From positions 515-64,514 of the forward strand of contig SCTX01000057.1 in NCBI GenBank assembly GCA_004298385.1: 64,000 bases of DNA, in the 5' to 3' direction. The stretch is from Betaproteobacteria bacterium (GTDB lineage: Bacteria > Pseudomonadota > Gammaproteobacteria > Burkholderiales > SG8-39). Shown here piece by piece: positions 17,997 to 27,970 of this stretch; position 1 is the first letter of the stretch; the number at the start of each line of letters is the position of its first letter. The position numbers were made by a program, and so were the translations under genes. The notes under the pieces are model-generated. The model made no database searches, was not told the DNA's origin, and saw only the letters and a list, made by a program, of their open reading frames with translations.

Positions 17997-20705
17997 ATGA
18001 AAACCCTGCTGTTGGTGGATGGCTCGTCCTACCTGTACCGCGCGTATCACGCGCTGCCGGACTTGCGCAACGCGCGCGGCGAGCCCACGGGCGCGATCTA
18101 CGGCGTGCTCAACATGCTACGACGGCTCGCTGCCGACTACAAGCCGGACTATCTCGCTTGCGTGTTCGACGCCAAAGGCAGGACGTTCCGCGATGATTGG
18201 TATGCCGAGTACAAGGCCCACCGCCCGCCCATGCCCCCCGATCTGGTGCGCCAGATCGAACCGCTGCATCAGGCCGTCACCGCGCTGGGCTGGCCGCTGC
18301 TGATGATCGATGGCGTCGAGGCCGACGACGTCATCGGCACGCTCGCGCGGCAGGCTACCGTGGCGGGCATGCGCTGCGTCGTCTCCACCGGCGACAAGGA
18401 CTTGACGCAGCTGGTCAATGCAAACGTCTCGCTGATCAATACCATGAGCAACGAGCGCCTGGACGAAGCCGGCGTCGAGGCCAAGTTCGGCGTGCCGCCG
18501 CGCCTGATGCTCGATTACCTCACCCTGGTCGGCGACAGCGTGGACAACGTGCCCGGCGTGGAAAAAGTAGGACCCAAGACCGCGCTTAAGTGGCTGTCGC
18601 AATATGGTTCGCTCGATGGGGTCATCGCCCACGCGCAGGAAATCGGCGGTGTGGTGGGGGAAAATTTGCGCCGCGCGCTTCCCTGGCTGCCGCAAGCGAG
18701 AAAACTCCTAACCGTCTACTGCGACGTGCCGCTACCGGTCAAGCCGGAGGAATTGCTGCCGCAACCGCACGGCGAGGCCGAACTCACCGGACTGTTCCAG
18801 CGTTTCGGCTTCAAGAGCTGGCTGAAAGACCCCGCGCCGGCGGCCGCCACGGCATCCGAGCCCGCGCCACGGGAAGCGTTGATCCGGCCCGAACCGGTAG
18901 AGCGCCGCTACGACACCCTACTCGACGAACGACAGATGGGCGAGTGGTTGAAACTGCTCGATAGCGCCGCTTTGGTCGCGTTCGACACCGAGACCACCGG
19001 CCTCGATCCTTTGACCGCGCAACTGGTGGGCATGTCTTTTTGCGCCGAGCCCGGGCGGGCGGCGTATTTGCCGCTGGCGCATAACTACGCCGGCGCGCCG
19101 CCGCAGTTGGGCGTAGCGCGCGCGCTGGCCTTGCTGCGTCCCTGGCTCGAGGACGCGCACAAACCCAAGCTTGGGCAGAATCTCAAGTACGATCAACACG
19201 TGCTCGCCAATCACGGCGTCCGGCTTCGTGGTGTCGCGCACGACACGCTGCTCGAGTCCTACGTGCTCGAATCGCATTTGCGCCACGACCTGGGCGCGCT
19301 CGCCGAGCGCCATTTACGCCTTGCCACCATCGGCTACGACGACGTCACCGGCAAGGGCGCGCAGCGCATCGGTTTCGAACAGGTGAGCGTGGATCGCGCC
19401 ACCGAGTACTCGGCCGAGGACGCCGATGTGACCCTGCGCCTGCACCAATGCCTGTATCCCAAGGTGCAGGCCGAGGCCGGGCTTGAATACGTATACCGGC
19501 GGATTGAGCTGCCGGCGCGCGAAGTGCTGTTCCGGATGGAGCGCAGCGGCGTGCTGATCGACGCCGCCCTGCTCGAGGCGCAAAGCCGCGAACTGGGGCA
19601 GAAGATGATGGAGCTGGAACACAGGGCCTATCGCGAGGCCGGCCAGCCATTCAACCTGAATTCGCCCAAGCAGATCGGCGAAATCTTCTTCGAGCGCCTG
19701 CGGTTGCCGGTGCTCAAAAAGACCCCGAACGGGGCGCCGTCCACCGACGAGGAGGTGCTGGAGAGGTTAGCCGCGGATTACCCCCTGCCCAAGACCCTGC
19801 TCGAATATCGCGCGCTGACCAAGCTGAAGTCCACCTATACCGACAAGCTGCCGCGCATGGTCAACCCCGCCACCGGGCGCGTGCACACCAACTACGCCCA
19901 GGCGACGGCGGTGACCGGACGCCTCGCCAGCACCGATCCCAACCTGCAGAACATCCCGGTGCGTACGATCGAAGGGCGGCGCATCCGCGAGGCTTTCATC
20001 GCGCCGGCCGGTTGCGTCATCGTCTCGGCCGACTATTCCCAAATCGAGCTGCGCATCATGGCGCACATCTCGCGCGACGAGAATCTGTTGCGCGCTTTCG
20101 CCGCCGGCGAGGACGTGCACCGCGCCACCGCCGCGGAGATCTTCAACCGCAGCTTGCATGAAGTCACGCCGGAAGAGCGCCGCTACGCCAAGGTGATCAA
20201 TTTCGGCCTGATCTACGGCATGTCGGCTTTCGGCGTGGCGCAGGCTTTGGGTCTGGAGCGCGCCACCGCCCAGGCCTATATCGACAGCTACTTCACCCGC
20301 TATCCCGGGGTCGCGCATTACATGCAGCGAACCCGCGAGCAGGCGCGCGAGCGCGGCTATGTCGAGACCGTGTTCGGCCGCCGGCTATGGCTGGCCGAGA
20401 TCAGGTCTGCCAACAGCGGCCGGCGGCAGGGCGCCGAGCGCGCCGCCATCAACGCGCCGATGCAGGGGACCGCGGCGGACCTGATCAAGCTGTCCATGAT
20501 CGCGGTGCAGAACTGGCTTGACCGGGAAAACCTGTCGGCGAAGCTGGTGATGCAAGTGCACGACGAACTGGTGCTTGAAGTACCGCAATCCGAGTTGACG
20601 CGGGTGCGCGAAGAACTGCCGCAACTGATGAGCGGCGTGGCCCGGCTTGCGGTGCCGCTTGTAGTGGACGTGGGTGTGGGTGCAAACTGGGAGCAGGCGC
20701 ATTGA
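17997..20705 (+). CDS. polA: DNA polymerase I
   Basis: Start taken at MKTLLLVDGSSYLYRAYHA (5'-nuclease domain). 3'-5' exonuclease motif FDTETTGL. Polymerase motifs DYSQIELR and QVHDELV. Confidence 0.97.
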   Translation: MKTLLLVDGSSYLYRAYHALPDLRNARGEPTGAIYGVLNMLRRLAADYKPDYLACVFDAKGRTFRDDWYAEYKAHRPPMPPDLVRQIEPLHQAVTALGWPLLMIDGVEADDVIGTLARQATVAGMRCVVSTGDKDLTQLVNANVSLINTMSNERLDEAGVEAKFGVPPRLMLDYLTLVGDSVDNVPGVEKVGPKTALKWLSQYGSLDGVIAHAQEIGGVVGENLRRALPWLPQARKLLTVYCDVPLPVKPEELLPQPHGEAELTGLFQRFGFKSWLKDPAPAAATASEPAPREALIRPEPVERRYDTLLDERQMGEWLKLLDSAALVAFDTETTGLDPLTAQLVGMSFCAEPGRAAYLPLAHNYAGAPPQLGVARALALLRPWLEDAHKPKLGQNLKYDQHVLANHGVRLRGVAHDTLLESYVLESHLRHDLGALAERHLRLATIGYDDVTGKGAQRIGFEQVSVDRATEYSAEDADVTLRLHQCLYPKVQAEAGLEYVYRRIELPAREVLFRMERSGVLIDAALLEAQSRELGQKMMELEHRAYREAGQPFNLNSPKQIGEIFFERLRLPVLKKTPNGAPSTDEEVLERLAADYPLPKTLLEYRALTKLKSTYTDKLPRMVNPATGRVHTNYAQATAVTGRLASTDPNLQNIPVRTIEGRRIREAFIAPAGCVIVSADYSQIELRIMAHISRDENLLRAFAAGEDVHRATAAEIFNRSLHEVTPEERRYAKVINFGLIYGMSAFGVAQALGLERATAQAYIDSYFTRYPGVAHYMQRTREQARERGYVETVFGRRLWLAEIRSANSGRRQGAERAAINAPMQGTAADLIKLSMIAVQNWLDRENLSAKLVMQVHDELVLEVPQSELTRVREELPQLMSGVARLAVPLVVDVGVGANWEQAH

Positions 20706-20722
20706 ATGCGCCCGCGAGCGAG

Positions 20723-21406
20723 ATGAGCAAACCCTCCAGCCAGAAACCGTCCGCTGCGCGCGCGCCCGGTCGCGGACCGTTGCGGCATGTCGTGCTGCTC
20801 GGCGACGCGTTGCTCGAGGCGTACAGCAGCATCGACAAGACGCCGGGAAAATTCGAGGATGCCCTGCTTCCCGGGACGCGCGACCAGTGGAAGATCAGTG
20901 TCGTATCCGCCGCCGAGGTCGAGCGCGCCGGGTCGTCGCTCGCCCTGCCCGGGGACGCCACCCACGCGATTATTTTCATCGAAGGCAATCACGCGATCGA
21001 GCAGAGCGGACTGCTCCACGGCCGGCCGGATGTGTACGGGCGGACGCTGGAGCAGCTCTCGCTCGCCGCCGACGAGTTCGAGCGCACGCTCGCGCGGCTG
21101 ATCCACGTGGCGCAGGCGGCGCGGCTGGTGATCATGGTGTGCACCATGTTTCAACCCGACTACAAGGACCCGACGCGCCAGCGCGCCGCCTGCGCGGCGT
21201 TGGCGGTATTCAACGACCGCGTGACCAAGCGCGCCGCCGAGGCGCGGGTATCCCTGATCGATCTGCGCCTGATCTGCAACGAGCCCGAAGACTACGACCA
21301 GCCGACGCGCTTGTCCCAGAGCGGCTTGCAAAAGGCGGCCAATATCATCCGCTTCGCCATGTTCGAACTCGACGCGGGGGCGCGCCGCAGCGAGGTGTTT
21401 TTCTAA
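20723..21406 (+). CDS. SGNH/GDSL-fold protein with substituted catalytic residues (probable pseudo-enzyme)
   Basis: The block order of an SGNH hydrolase is recognisable: VVLLGDALLE (block I, Ser to Ala), FIEGNHAIE (block III), DYDQPTRLSQSG (block V, no DxxH). A TTG at 20702 overlapping the polA stop is an alternative start. Confidence 0.6.
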   Translation: MSKPSSQKPSAARAPGRGPLRHVVLLGDALLEAYSSIDKTPGKFEDALLPGTRDQWKISVVSAAEVERAGSSLALPGDATHAIIFIEGNHAIEQSGLLHGRPDVYGRTLEQLSLAADEFERTLARLIHVAQAARLVIMVCTMFQPDYKDPTRQRAACAALAVFNDRVTKRAAEARVSLIDLRLICNEPEDYDQPTRLSQSGLQKAANIIRFAMFELDAGARRSEVFF

Positions 21407-21503
21407 ACACAAGGTCTCAAATTGCGCCGCGTACCGCTCTGAGCGCCCTTAAATTTGTCCCTTTATGCGGCGATATATGTGTCGCTGTGTTTAGAACGAC
21501 CGA

Positions 21504-21578
21504 CTACTTGCCGATCGCGCCGGCCGGGGCGGTGAATAGCGTCAGAACCGAGGCGACAAGTGCGAAAAAGGCGTTCAT
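21504..21578 (-). CDS. Possible 24-aa hydrophobic micro-protein
   Basis: ATG preceded by AAGGA 8 nt upstream. Product MNAFFALVASVLTLFTAPAGAIGK would form a single TM-like helix. It is the only coding-like signal I saw in a 513-bp low-G+C gap. Unverified. Confidence 0.25.
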   Translation of the reverse strand: MNAFFALVASVLTLFTAPAGAIGK

Positions 21579-21919
21579 GGCGGGTCCTTGGACGTGGGAG
21601 AGAATTGTGAAGCAGCTTATCGCCTTATCGGGCTGCGTGGCAACAGTGCCCGGCGCTCGGAATAGGTCGTAGCGCAGGAGGACGGCGCGCGAGGTCTTTA
21701 GACGCCGCTGGCAATGGCGCCGGTCCAGCTACTTTCCATGTTCGCCACTATCGTGGCCGAGTGCCGATGGCCGCGGCGCGCGCGATCATGCGCACGGAAA
21801 AGCTTCCAGTCGAGGCTTTTTTGGAATACACTTTTCAATAGTGCATATCGCACTTCAAGGGCGCGGGCCCTCCAACGAGGGCCGGCCATGACCATACCGT
21901 GAGAATAGGATGAGATGTC

Positions 21920-22831
21920 GTGGGCAAAAAAAAGAAGGCCAAGGCTAGGAAACCCGCCGCCGGGAAGTCCAAAGCGGCTCGTTTGACGCTGGGCGCAGCG
22001 GTGCCCGAGATGCTCACGCCGAGTCCGCTCGGCGATCCCAAAGTAAAAAAGAAGGAACGCAACAAGTTCTACGAGCGCGAACTGCGCCGCCTGCATATCG
22101 AACTGGTCAAGCTGCAGGAGTGGGTTAAGCACGAAGGCCGCAAGGTCGTGCTGATCTTCGAGGGCCGCGATGCCGCCGGCAAGGGTGGCGTCATTAAGCG
22201 GATCGTCGAACCGCTCAATCCCCGCACCTGCCGCGTGGTGGCGCTGGGCACGCCGACCGAGCGCCAGAAGACCCAGTGGTATTTCCAACGCTACACCGCC
22301 GAGCTGCCGGCGGCGGGCGAGATGACGCTGTTCGACCGCTCTTGGTACAATCGCGCCGGAGTCGAGCGGGTGATGGGCTTCTGCACGGACGCGGAATACT
22401 GGGAGTTCGTGCGTTCCTGTCCGGCATTCGAGCGCATGCTGGTGCGTTCGGGTATCACCATCGTGAAATACTGGTTTTCGGTCAGCGACAAGGAACAGGA
22501 ACGCCGCTTCAAGTCCAGGGTCGAGGATCCGACCAAGCGCTGGAAACTGTCGCCGATGGACATGGAATCACGCAACCGCTGGCAGGCCTACTCACGCGCC
22601 AAGGACGACATGCTTGTCCACACCGATACCGATCAGGCAAGGTGGTACGTGGTTAATTCAGACGACAAGAAGCGGGCCCACCTGAACTGTATTGCCCACC
22701 TCTTGAGCCTGCTGCCCTATAAGGACGTGGCGCCGAACAAGATGAAACTTCCCAAGCGCAAGCCCGAAATGCGCGAGGGCTATGCCCGTCCGCCCCTGGA
22801 AATCCAGAACTTCGTCCCCGAGATTTATTAG
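21920..22831 (+). CDS. ppk2: Polyphosphate kinase 2 (PPK2) with a Lys-rich N-terminal extension
   Basis: 303 aa (GTG start). Walker A-like FEGRDAAGKGG, plus the conserved blocks WYFQRY, FDRSWYNR and KRWKLSP of the PPK2 family. Confidence 0.92.
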   Translation: MGKKKKAKARKPAAGKSKAARLTLGAAVPEMLTPSPLGDPKVKKKERNKFYERELRRLHIELVKLQEWVKHEGRKVVLIFEGRDAAGKGGVIKRIVEPLNPRTCRVVALGTPTERQKTQWYFQRYTAELPAAGEMTLFDRSWYNRAGVERVMGFCTDAEYWEFVRSCPAFERMLVRSGITIVKYWFSVSDKEQERRFKSRVEDPTKRWKLSPMDMESRNRWQAYSRAKDDMLVHTDTDQARWYVVNSDDKKRAHLNCIAHLLSLLPYKDVAPNKMKLPKRKPEMREGYARPPLEIQNFVPEIY

Positions 22832-22859
22832 GCGCCCTATTTAACAGGAACCAATCGCC

Positions 22860-23171
22860 GTGACCGACAGTGCCCCGATATTCAACGTGATCATCGATGC
22901 GAAGGGCGTCGCCCTGGAGAAGATCGAGCCGGGGCGCCCGGGCTATCGCAAAGCCAGTAAAAGCATTATCCTGCGCCAACGCGACGCCATCGAGCGCTAC
23001 CAGAAACTGAAGGCGGCCGGCGATAGCTTTTACGGCACCTACAGCTTTCGCTTCCTCGACACCGCCAGGACCTTCGCCATGCTGCGCCTCCGGGCGATGG
23101 AGCACGAGATTCATGACAACCTGGACCGGGTTCAGGCCTACGACGGAGCCAAGAAAGCGAGCGACCGCTAA
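22860..23171 (+). CDS. Hypothetical protein, 103 aa
   Basis: GTG start with AGGAA about 10 nt upstream, 28 nt after the ppk2 stop. Soluble, helix-rich C-terminal half. No family recognised. Confidence 0.5.
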   Translation: MTDSAPIFNVIIDAKGVALEKIEPGRPGYRKASKSIILRQRDAIERYQKLKAAGDSFYGTYSFRFLDTARTFAMLRLRAMEHEIHDNLDRVQAYDGAKKASDR

Positions 23172-23314
23172 CCTCGGCCAGATCGCTTCATTGAAGGACG
23201 CGAACTAACGCCCTCGACCCCTAAGCGGTCATCCGGACGTGGACTTCGCCGTTGGTCCGGCAGGGTGACGGTAACGAGCCAAGTCGGGCATATCCGGGAT
23301 GAACAAGGGAATGC

Positions 23315-23743
23315 TTACGTGCCGCCCGGCAAAAGCCCTGCCAGGCCGCGTTGCACGGCGCGCAAGATGTCAAACCGAGTGATAGCACCTACGATGCGGC
23401 CATGCTCCACCACCGGGAAGCGGCGAAAATGTGCGGACATGAAAAGCCCGGCTGCATAATAGATGTCCATGGTGGGCGGTATGGTCTGCACCTCCGAGGT
23501 CATGAAGTTCTTCACGGTTCCCTTGGGAGCTTCGTGATCCGGACCGCCCAACGTGAGGAGTTTGAGGCAATCAAACTCCGTGAGGATGCCTACCAGTTCG
23601 CCCTCGCTGTTGGTCACGAGTACGCCGGTGACCCGCTTTTCCAGCAAGAAGTTCACCGCCTCCATGATGTCAGTCTCTGGTGACAGCGTTTCTACGTATT
23701 TGTCCATGAATTCCCGGACGGTGGGCAAGCGGCGGACGGTCAT
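23315..23743 (-). CDS. Stand-alone CBS-pair domain protein
   Basis: Start taken at MTVRRLPTVREFMDKYVETLSPE. Two CBS repeats (FM...V.TL.P...I.EA...L....V.G.LV and NFMTSEVQTI...F....FRRFPVVE.GRIVG). Confidence 0.85.
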   Translation of the reverse strand: MTVRRLPTVREFMDKYVETLSPETDIMEAVNFLLEKRVTGVLVTNSEGELVGILTEFDCLKLLTLGGPDHEAPKGTVKNFMTSEVQTIPPTMDIYYAAGLFMSAHFRRFPVVEHGRIVGAITRFDILRAVQRGLAGLLPGGT

Positions 23744-23935
23744 GGGTACCCCCTTGCAGCACCCGCGTACGCGGGTAAATGTTGGGCTGTGTCCAATCCG
23801 CAATATATCCCCAAGTGCAGCCGCTGCCAATGAGCCTATTCGCTTATTTCCCGCCGGGTCGCAAGGATTGCGGGATCGGGGATCGCGCGGGCCACCGAGT
23901 TTCGGGTCGCAGCGTAGTGTGCAACCGTGGCGAAT

Positions 23936-24883
23936 TTAGCGGCGAGCGTTCCCTGCCGCTTCGGCCTGCCGATCCGCATGATAGCTGGAACGCACCAGGG
24001 GGCCGATCGCAGCGTGCTTGAAACCCATTTCCTGCGCCGCGCGCTCGAATAGACGAAAGCCCTCCGGATGCACGTAGCGCTCGACCGCCAGGTGATGTAC
24101 CGTCGGCTGCAGGTACTGGCCGATGGTGAGCATGTCCACGTCGTGGGCGCGCAGGTCGCGCATTACGGCGAGTATTTCCGCGTCGGTCTCGCCCAGGCCG
24201 AGCATCAGCCCGGATTTGGTCGGGACGAGCGGATTGCGCAGTTTGAATTCGCGCAGCAACGCGAGCGAATGCCGGTAGTCCGCCCCCGGACGTGCCTGCT
24301 GGTAGAGCCGCGGCACGGTCTCGAGATTGTGATTCATGATATCCGGCGGCGCGGCCGAAAGCAGTTGCAGCGCGAGCGGCAGCCGCCCGCGAAAATCCGG
24401 TACGAGAATTTCGATCCGCGTTTGCGGCGAACGCGCGCGCACCGCGCGAATGCAATCGCAAAAGTGTTGCGCACCGCCGTCGCGCAAATCATCGCGATCG
24501 ACGCTGGTGATGACGACATAATCCAGCGCCAGAGCGGCGATCGCCTCGGCAAGCTGGCGCGGCTCCTCGGCATCGGGCGCAGCGGGCCGCCCGTGCGCGA
24601 CATCGCAAAACGGGCAGCGTCGCGTACACAGGTCTCCCAGGATCATGAAGGTCGCCGTACCCTGGGCGAAGCATTCTCCTATGTTCGGGCAGGAAGCCTC
24701 CTCGCATACCGTATGCAAGCCGCGATCGCGCAGCAAACGCTTGATGCTGTCGAAGCGCGCGTTGCCGGAGCCGGCCTTGACCCGGATCCAGTCCGGTTTT
24801 TTCAGGCGCTCCTGCGGCACGATCTTGATCGGGATGCGCGCCGTCTTGGCCCGGCCCGTTTGCTTGTCAGCGAATGCGCTCAT
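23936..24883 (-). CDS. lipA: Lipoyl synthase
   Basis: 315 aa with the two Cys clusters [12 protein letters not shown] and CTRRCPFC (radical SAM). Confidence 0.97.
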   Translation of the reverse strand: MSAFADKQTGRAKTARIPIKIVPQERLKKPDWIRVKAGSGNARFDSIKRLLRDRGLHTVCEEASCPNIGECFAQGTATFMILGDLCTRRCPFCDVAHGRPAAPDAEEPRQLAEAIAALALDYVVITSVDRDDLRDGGAQHFCDCIRAVRARSPQTRIEILVPDFRGRLPLALQLLSAAPPDIMNHNLETVPRLYQQARPGADYRHSLALLREFKLRNPLVPTKSGLMLGLGETDAEILAVMRDLRAHDVDMLTIGQYLQPTVHHLAVERYVHPEGFRLFERAAQEMGFKHAAIGPLVRSSYHADRQAEAAGNARR

Positions 24884-25574
24884 CTCGTGCCAGGAGTTGC
24901 GTCAGGCTGGCGGCGAGCCGGTCGCCGAGCTCGTCCACGCTTGCGGCGATGCCCAGATCGCGCGTCTGCGTCACCGCCAGGCCAGGGTAGCCGCAGGGGT
25001 CGATCGCGAGGAAGGGCGTGAGGTCCATGTCGACGTTGAGCGCGACGCCGTGATAGCAACCCTGGCTTCGGACCCGCAGCCCCAGTGCCGCGACTTTCGC
25101 TCCGCCTACGTAGACGCCCGGCGCGTCGCTTTTGCGTTGCGCGGTAACATTGTAGTGCGCCAGCGTATCGATCACCGCCTGCTCGAGCAGGCTGACCAGC
25201 GCCCGGATCTTCAGCCCGCGCCGCGCGAGATCGAGCAGCGTGTAGATCACTGCCTGGCCGGGACCGTGATAGGTGATTTGCCCGCCACGGTCGGTGCGCT
25301 CCAGCGGAATGCCCGCATCGCGCGGCAGGTGCTGTGGACGCGTCGCGAGGCCCGTGGTGTAGACCGGCGGATGCTGCAGCACCCATAGTTCGTCCGGCGT
25401 GTGGCGCTGACGCGAGGTGGTGAATTGCCGCATTGCTGCGTAGGTCGGCCCGAATTCGACCAAACCCAGATGCCGGATCACTGGCGCAGGCGCATGCCAG
25501 TCAGGCGGTGGCTGTTCCATGCGCTCGTAGTTGGGTTCGGAGCGATTGCCCGCCAGCGGTTGCGCGTCACGCAT
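24867..25574 (-). CDS. lipB: Octanoyl/lipoyl-[ACP]:protein transferase
   Basis: Conserved [24 protein letters not shown] and KV.A.G.R blocks. Start placed at the ATG that overlaps the ybeD stop as TGATG; upstream and downstream ATGs are possible. Confidence 0.9.
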   Translation of the reverse strand: MRDAQPLAGNRSEPNYERMEQPPPDWHAPAPVIRHLGLVEFGPTYAAMRQFTTSRQRHTPDELWVLQHPPVYTTGLATRPQHLPRDAGIPLERTDRGGQITYHGPGQAVIYTLLDLARRGLKIRALVSLLEQAVIDTLAHYNVTAQRKSDAPGVYVGGAKVAALGLRVRSQGCYHGVALNVDMDLTPFLAIDPCGYPGLAVTQTRDLGIAASVDELGDRLAASLTQLLARDERIR

Positions 25575-25858
25575 CACAGCACCATCTTGACCATCGGGTG
25601 GTCGCACAGCTCGCGGTACAGATCGTCGAGCTGTGCGCGTGAAGTCGCGCGCACGGTGACGGTCAGCGACAGATATTTGCCTTGGCGGCTATTGCGCATC
25701 TCCATGGTGGCAGCGTCGAAATCAGGCGCATGGCGCAGGACCACGCCCAATATCGCCTGCGCAAACCCGGGCTGGGTCTGCCCCATGACCTTGATCGGGA
25801 AGTCGCAGGGAAAGGCGAGCAGCGATTCGAGTTCAGGCTCGGGCATGGGCCGGCGCAC
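25574..25858 (-). CDS. ybeD: YbeD-family (DUF493) protein
   Basis: 94 aa with FPCDFPIKVMG and a C-terminal DHPMVKMVL, typical of YbeD. It sits in the conserved position between dat/dac and lipB. An ATG 4 codons in is an alternative start. Confidence 0.88.
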   Translation of the reverse strand: MRRPMPEPELESLLAFPCDFPIKVMGQTQPGFAQAILGVVLRHAPDFDAATMEMRNSRQGKYLSLTVTVRATSRAQLDDLYRELCDHPMVKMVL

Positions 25859-26741
25859 GCATTACCGTGCGCTTGTAGTCCTGGTAAAGCTGATTCATGC
25901 GCGCGGCCAGCGGGCCGGGCTTGCCGGCGCCTACGGGTTTTCCGTCCAGCGTCGAGATCGGCAGCACTTCCTTGGTCGAGGAGGTCAGCCAGAGTTCGTC
26001 CGCATCGCGCACCTCGGCTTCGCTTACCTGCCGGATTTCCAGCGGAAGCCGATTGGCGCGCGCAAGTTCGATCACTACGTCGTAGGTGATGCCGGGCAGG
26101 ATGAAATTAGTCTTGGGCGGGGTGATGATGACGCCGTTCCTGACCACGAAGATATTGCTCGCCGAGCCCTCGGTGAGCATGCCGTCGCGCAGCAGCACCG
26201 ATTCCACCGCCCCCGCATCCATCGCCGCCTGCCGCAGCAGGCAATTTGCGAGCAGCGAAGTCGATTTGATGTCGCAGCGCAGCCAGCGGTTGTCGGCGAC
26301 CGTAACCGCGGCCACGCCCTGCTCGAGCTGGCTCCGGGGCGGCGTCGCCAGCGGGTTGGCCATCATGAACACCGTCGGCTTCGCGCCTTTGGGAAAAGCG
26401 TGGTCGCGCGGCGCCACACCGCGCGTTACCTGGAGATAGACGTATTGATCCTCCCACGGATTCCCGGCGACGACCTCGCGCACCAATTCATCCCATCGCT
26501 CGAGGCTGTAGGGATTGACGATACGCACCGCGTCGAGGCTGGATTGCAGGCGCGCGAGGTGCTCGCGCAGGCGGAAGGGATAGCCGGAATAGGAGGGGAT
26601 CACTTCATATACGCCGTCGCCGAAAATGAAGCCGCGGTCGAGCACGGGAATCCTGGCCTGCTCGATCGGCATCCATTCGCCATTGAGGTAGATCATCTGC
26701 ATCTCCTGATAGGTCATTGACGGCCGCTGCGCGGCCGTCAC
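25833..26741 (-). CDS. dat: D-amino acid (D-alanine) aminotransferase, class IV PLP enzyme
   Basis: IYLNGEWMP..EA.IPVLDRGFIFGDGVYEVIP, plus the ...DIKSTSLL (Lys) and PGITY blocks. GTG at 26741 overlaps the dac stop (GTGA). Internal ATGs (MTYQEMQMIY) are alternative starts. Confidence 0.88.
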   Translation of the reverse strand: MTAAQRPSMTYQEMQMIYLNGEWMPIEQARIPVLDRGFIFGDGVYEVIPSYSGYPFRLREHLARLQSSLDAVRIVNPYSLERWDELVREVVAGNPWEDQYVYLQVTRGVAPRDHAFPKGAKPTVFMMANPLATPPRSQLEQGVAAVTVADNRWLRCDIKSTSLLANCLLRQAAMDAGAVESVLLRDGMLTEGSASNIFVVRNGVIITPPKTNFILPGITYDVVIELARANRLPLEIRQVSEAEVRDADELWLTSSTKEVLPISTLDGKPVGAGKPGPLAARMNQLYQDYKRTVMRAPAHARA

Positions 26742-27856
26742 TTAAACCAGAGCCGCATGCCGTCCCAGGCGCGACCGAAAAAGCCGGCGATCACCACGTT
26801 CTCCAGTGCCACTACCGGATATTCGCCCAGCAGCTTGTTCTGCAGTGTCACTTTGACCTTGCCTACCTTCTGTCCGACGCCGATCGGCGCTAGCAGCGGC
26901 TGCATGCTCACCAGATCCGCTTTCACCTGATCGGCGAGGCCGCGCGGCACGCTGACGTAGAAGTCGGACTGGAACCCGGCCTTGACCCGGTTCTCGCTGC
27001 CCTTCAGCACTTCCAGCGTGCTCACCGCCTGGCCCTTGTCGTACAGTTTCACCGAATCGTAGAACTGGAAACCGTAATTCAGCAGTTTCTGACTTTCCTG
27101 CGCGCGTCCGCTGTCGGAGTTCGCGCCGAGCACCACCGAGAGCAGGCGACGCGCCCCGCGCTTGGCCGACGCGATCAGGCAGAAGCCGGCGCTTTCAGTA
27201 TAGCCCGTCTTCATGCCGTCCACATTGGGATCCAGCCACAGCAGGCGGTTGCGGTTTGGCTGGGTAATGTTGTTATAGCGGTACTCGCGCAGCGAATACA
27301 GCGGGTAGTACTCGGGAAAATCGCGGATCAAGGCCGCGCCGAGCAAGCCCAGGTCGTGCGCGGTCGAATAGTGCTTGGGGTCGGGCAGGCCGCTCGAGTT
27401 GGTGAAGCTGGTATTTTTCATGCCCAGGCGCTGGGCCTCGCGGTTCATCATCTGCGCGAACATCTCCTCGGACCCGGCAACGGCCTCGGCGAGCGCGATG
27501 CAGGCATCGTTGCCAGACTGTGTGATCATGCCATGCAATAGTTCGTCCACCTTCACCGGTTTTCGCGGCTCGATGAACATGCGCGAGCCGTCTGCCTTCC
27601 AGGCGCGCTCCGATACCGGCACCACCTGCTCCAGCGTCAGCGTTTTCTGCCTCAGCGCCGAGAACGCCAGGTAGGCGGTCATCAGTTTGGTGAGCGAAGC
27701 CGGTTCAACGCGTTCGTTCTCGTTTGCGCTGACAATCGCTTGAGCGCTGTTGAAGTCGTACAGCAGCCAGGCCTTGGCGGCAATCGGAGGCGGAGGCGGG
27801 ATGTCCGCCAATGCGAGGACGGGGATAAGCAGCAGGAGGGCCAGCAGGCGTGTCAT
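26738..27856 (-). CDS. D-alanyl-D-alanine carboxypeptidase (PBP5/6 class, S11 peptidase)
   Basis: Start at MTRLLALLLLIPVLALA (signal peptide). Active-site motifs ASLTKLMT (SxxK), QSGND (SxN) and KTGYT (KTG). Confidence 0.92.
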   Translation of the reverse strand: MTRLLALLLLIPVLALADIPPPPPIAAKAWLLYDFNSAQAIVSANENERVEPASLTKLMTAYLAFSALRQKTLTLEQVVPVSERAWKADGSRMFIEPRKPVKVDELLHGMITQSGNDACIALAEAVAGSEEMFAQMMNREAQRLGMKNTSFTNSSGLPDPKHYSTAHDLGLLGAALIRDFPEYYPLYSLREYRYNNITQPNRNRLLWLDPNVDGMKTGYTESAGFCLIASAKRGARRLLSVVLGANSDSGRAQESQKLLNYGFQFYDSVKLYDKGQAVSTLEVLKGSENRVKAGFQSDFYVSVPRGLADQVKADLVSMQPLLAPIGVGQKVGKVKVTLQNKLLGEYPVVALENVVIAGFFGRAWDGMRLWFK

Positions 27857-27970
27857 GAGGGCGGCGCAAAGGTTCAAATTATACCAGCCGAGGAAGGGTG
27901 TCCCACGCCTTCCTCGGCCGCTCATGCTCGCCAAGCGAGGGGACCGGTTCGGCAATTCCGAGACGGCCGC

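Noticed and set aside
21698-22288. 196-aa minus-strand ORF overlapping the ppk2 5' region
   Set aside because: It is antisense to a gene with clear PPK2 motifs, has no recognisable domain, and extends into the non-coding gap only by chance.
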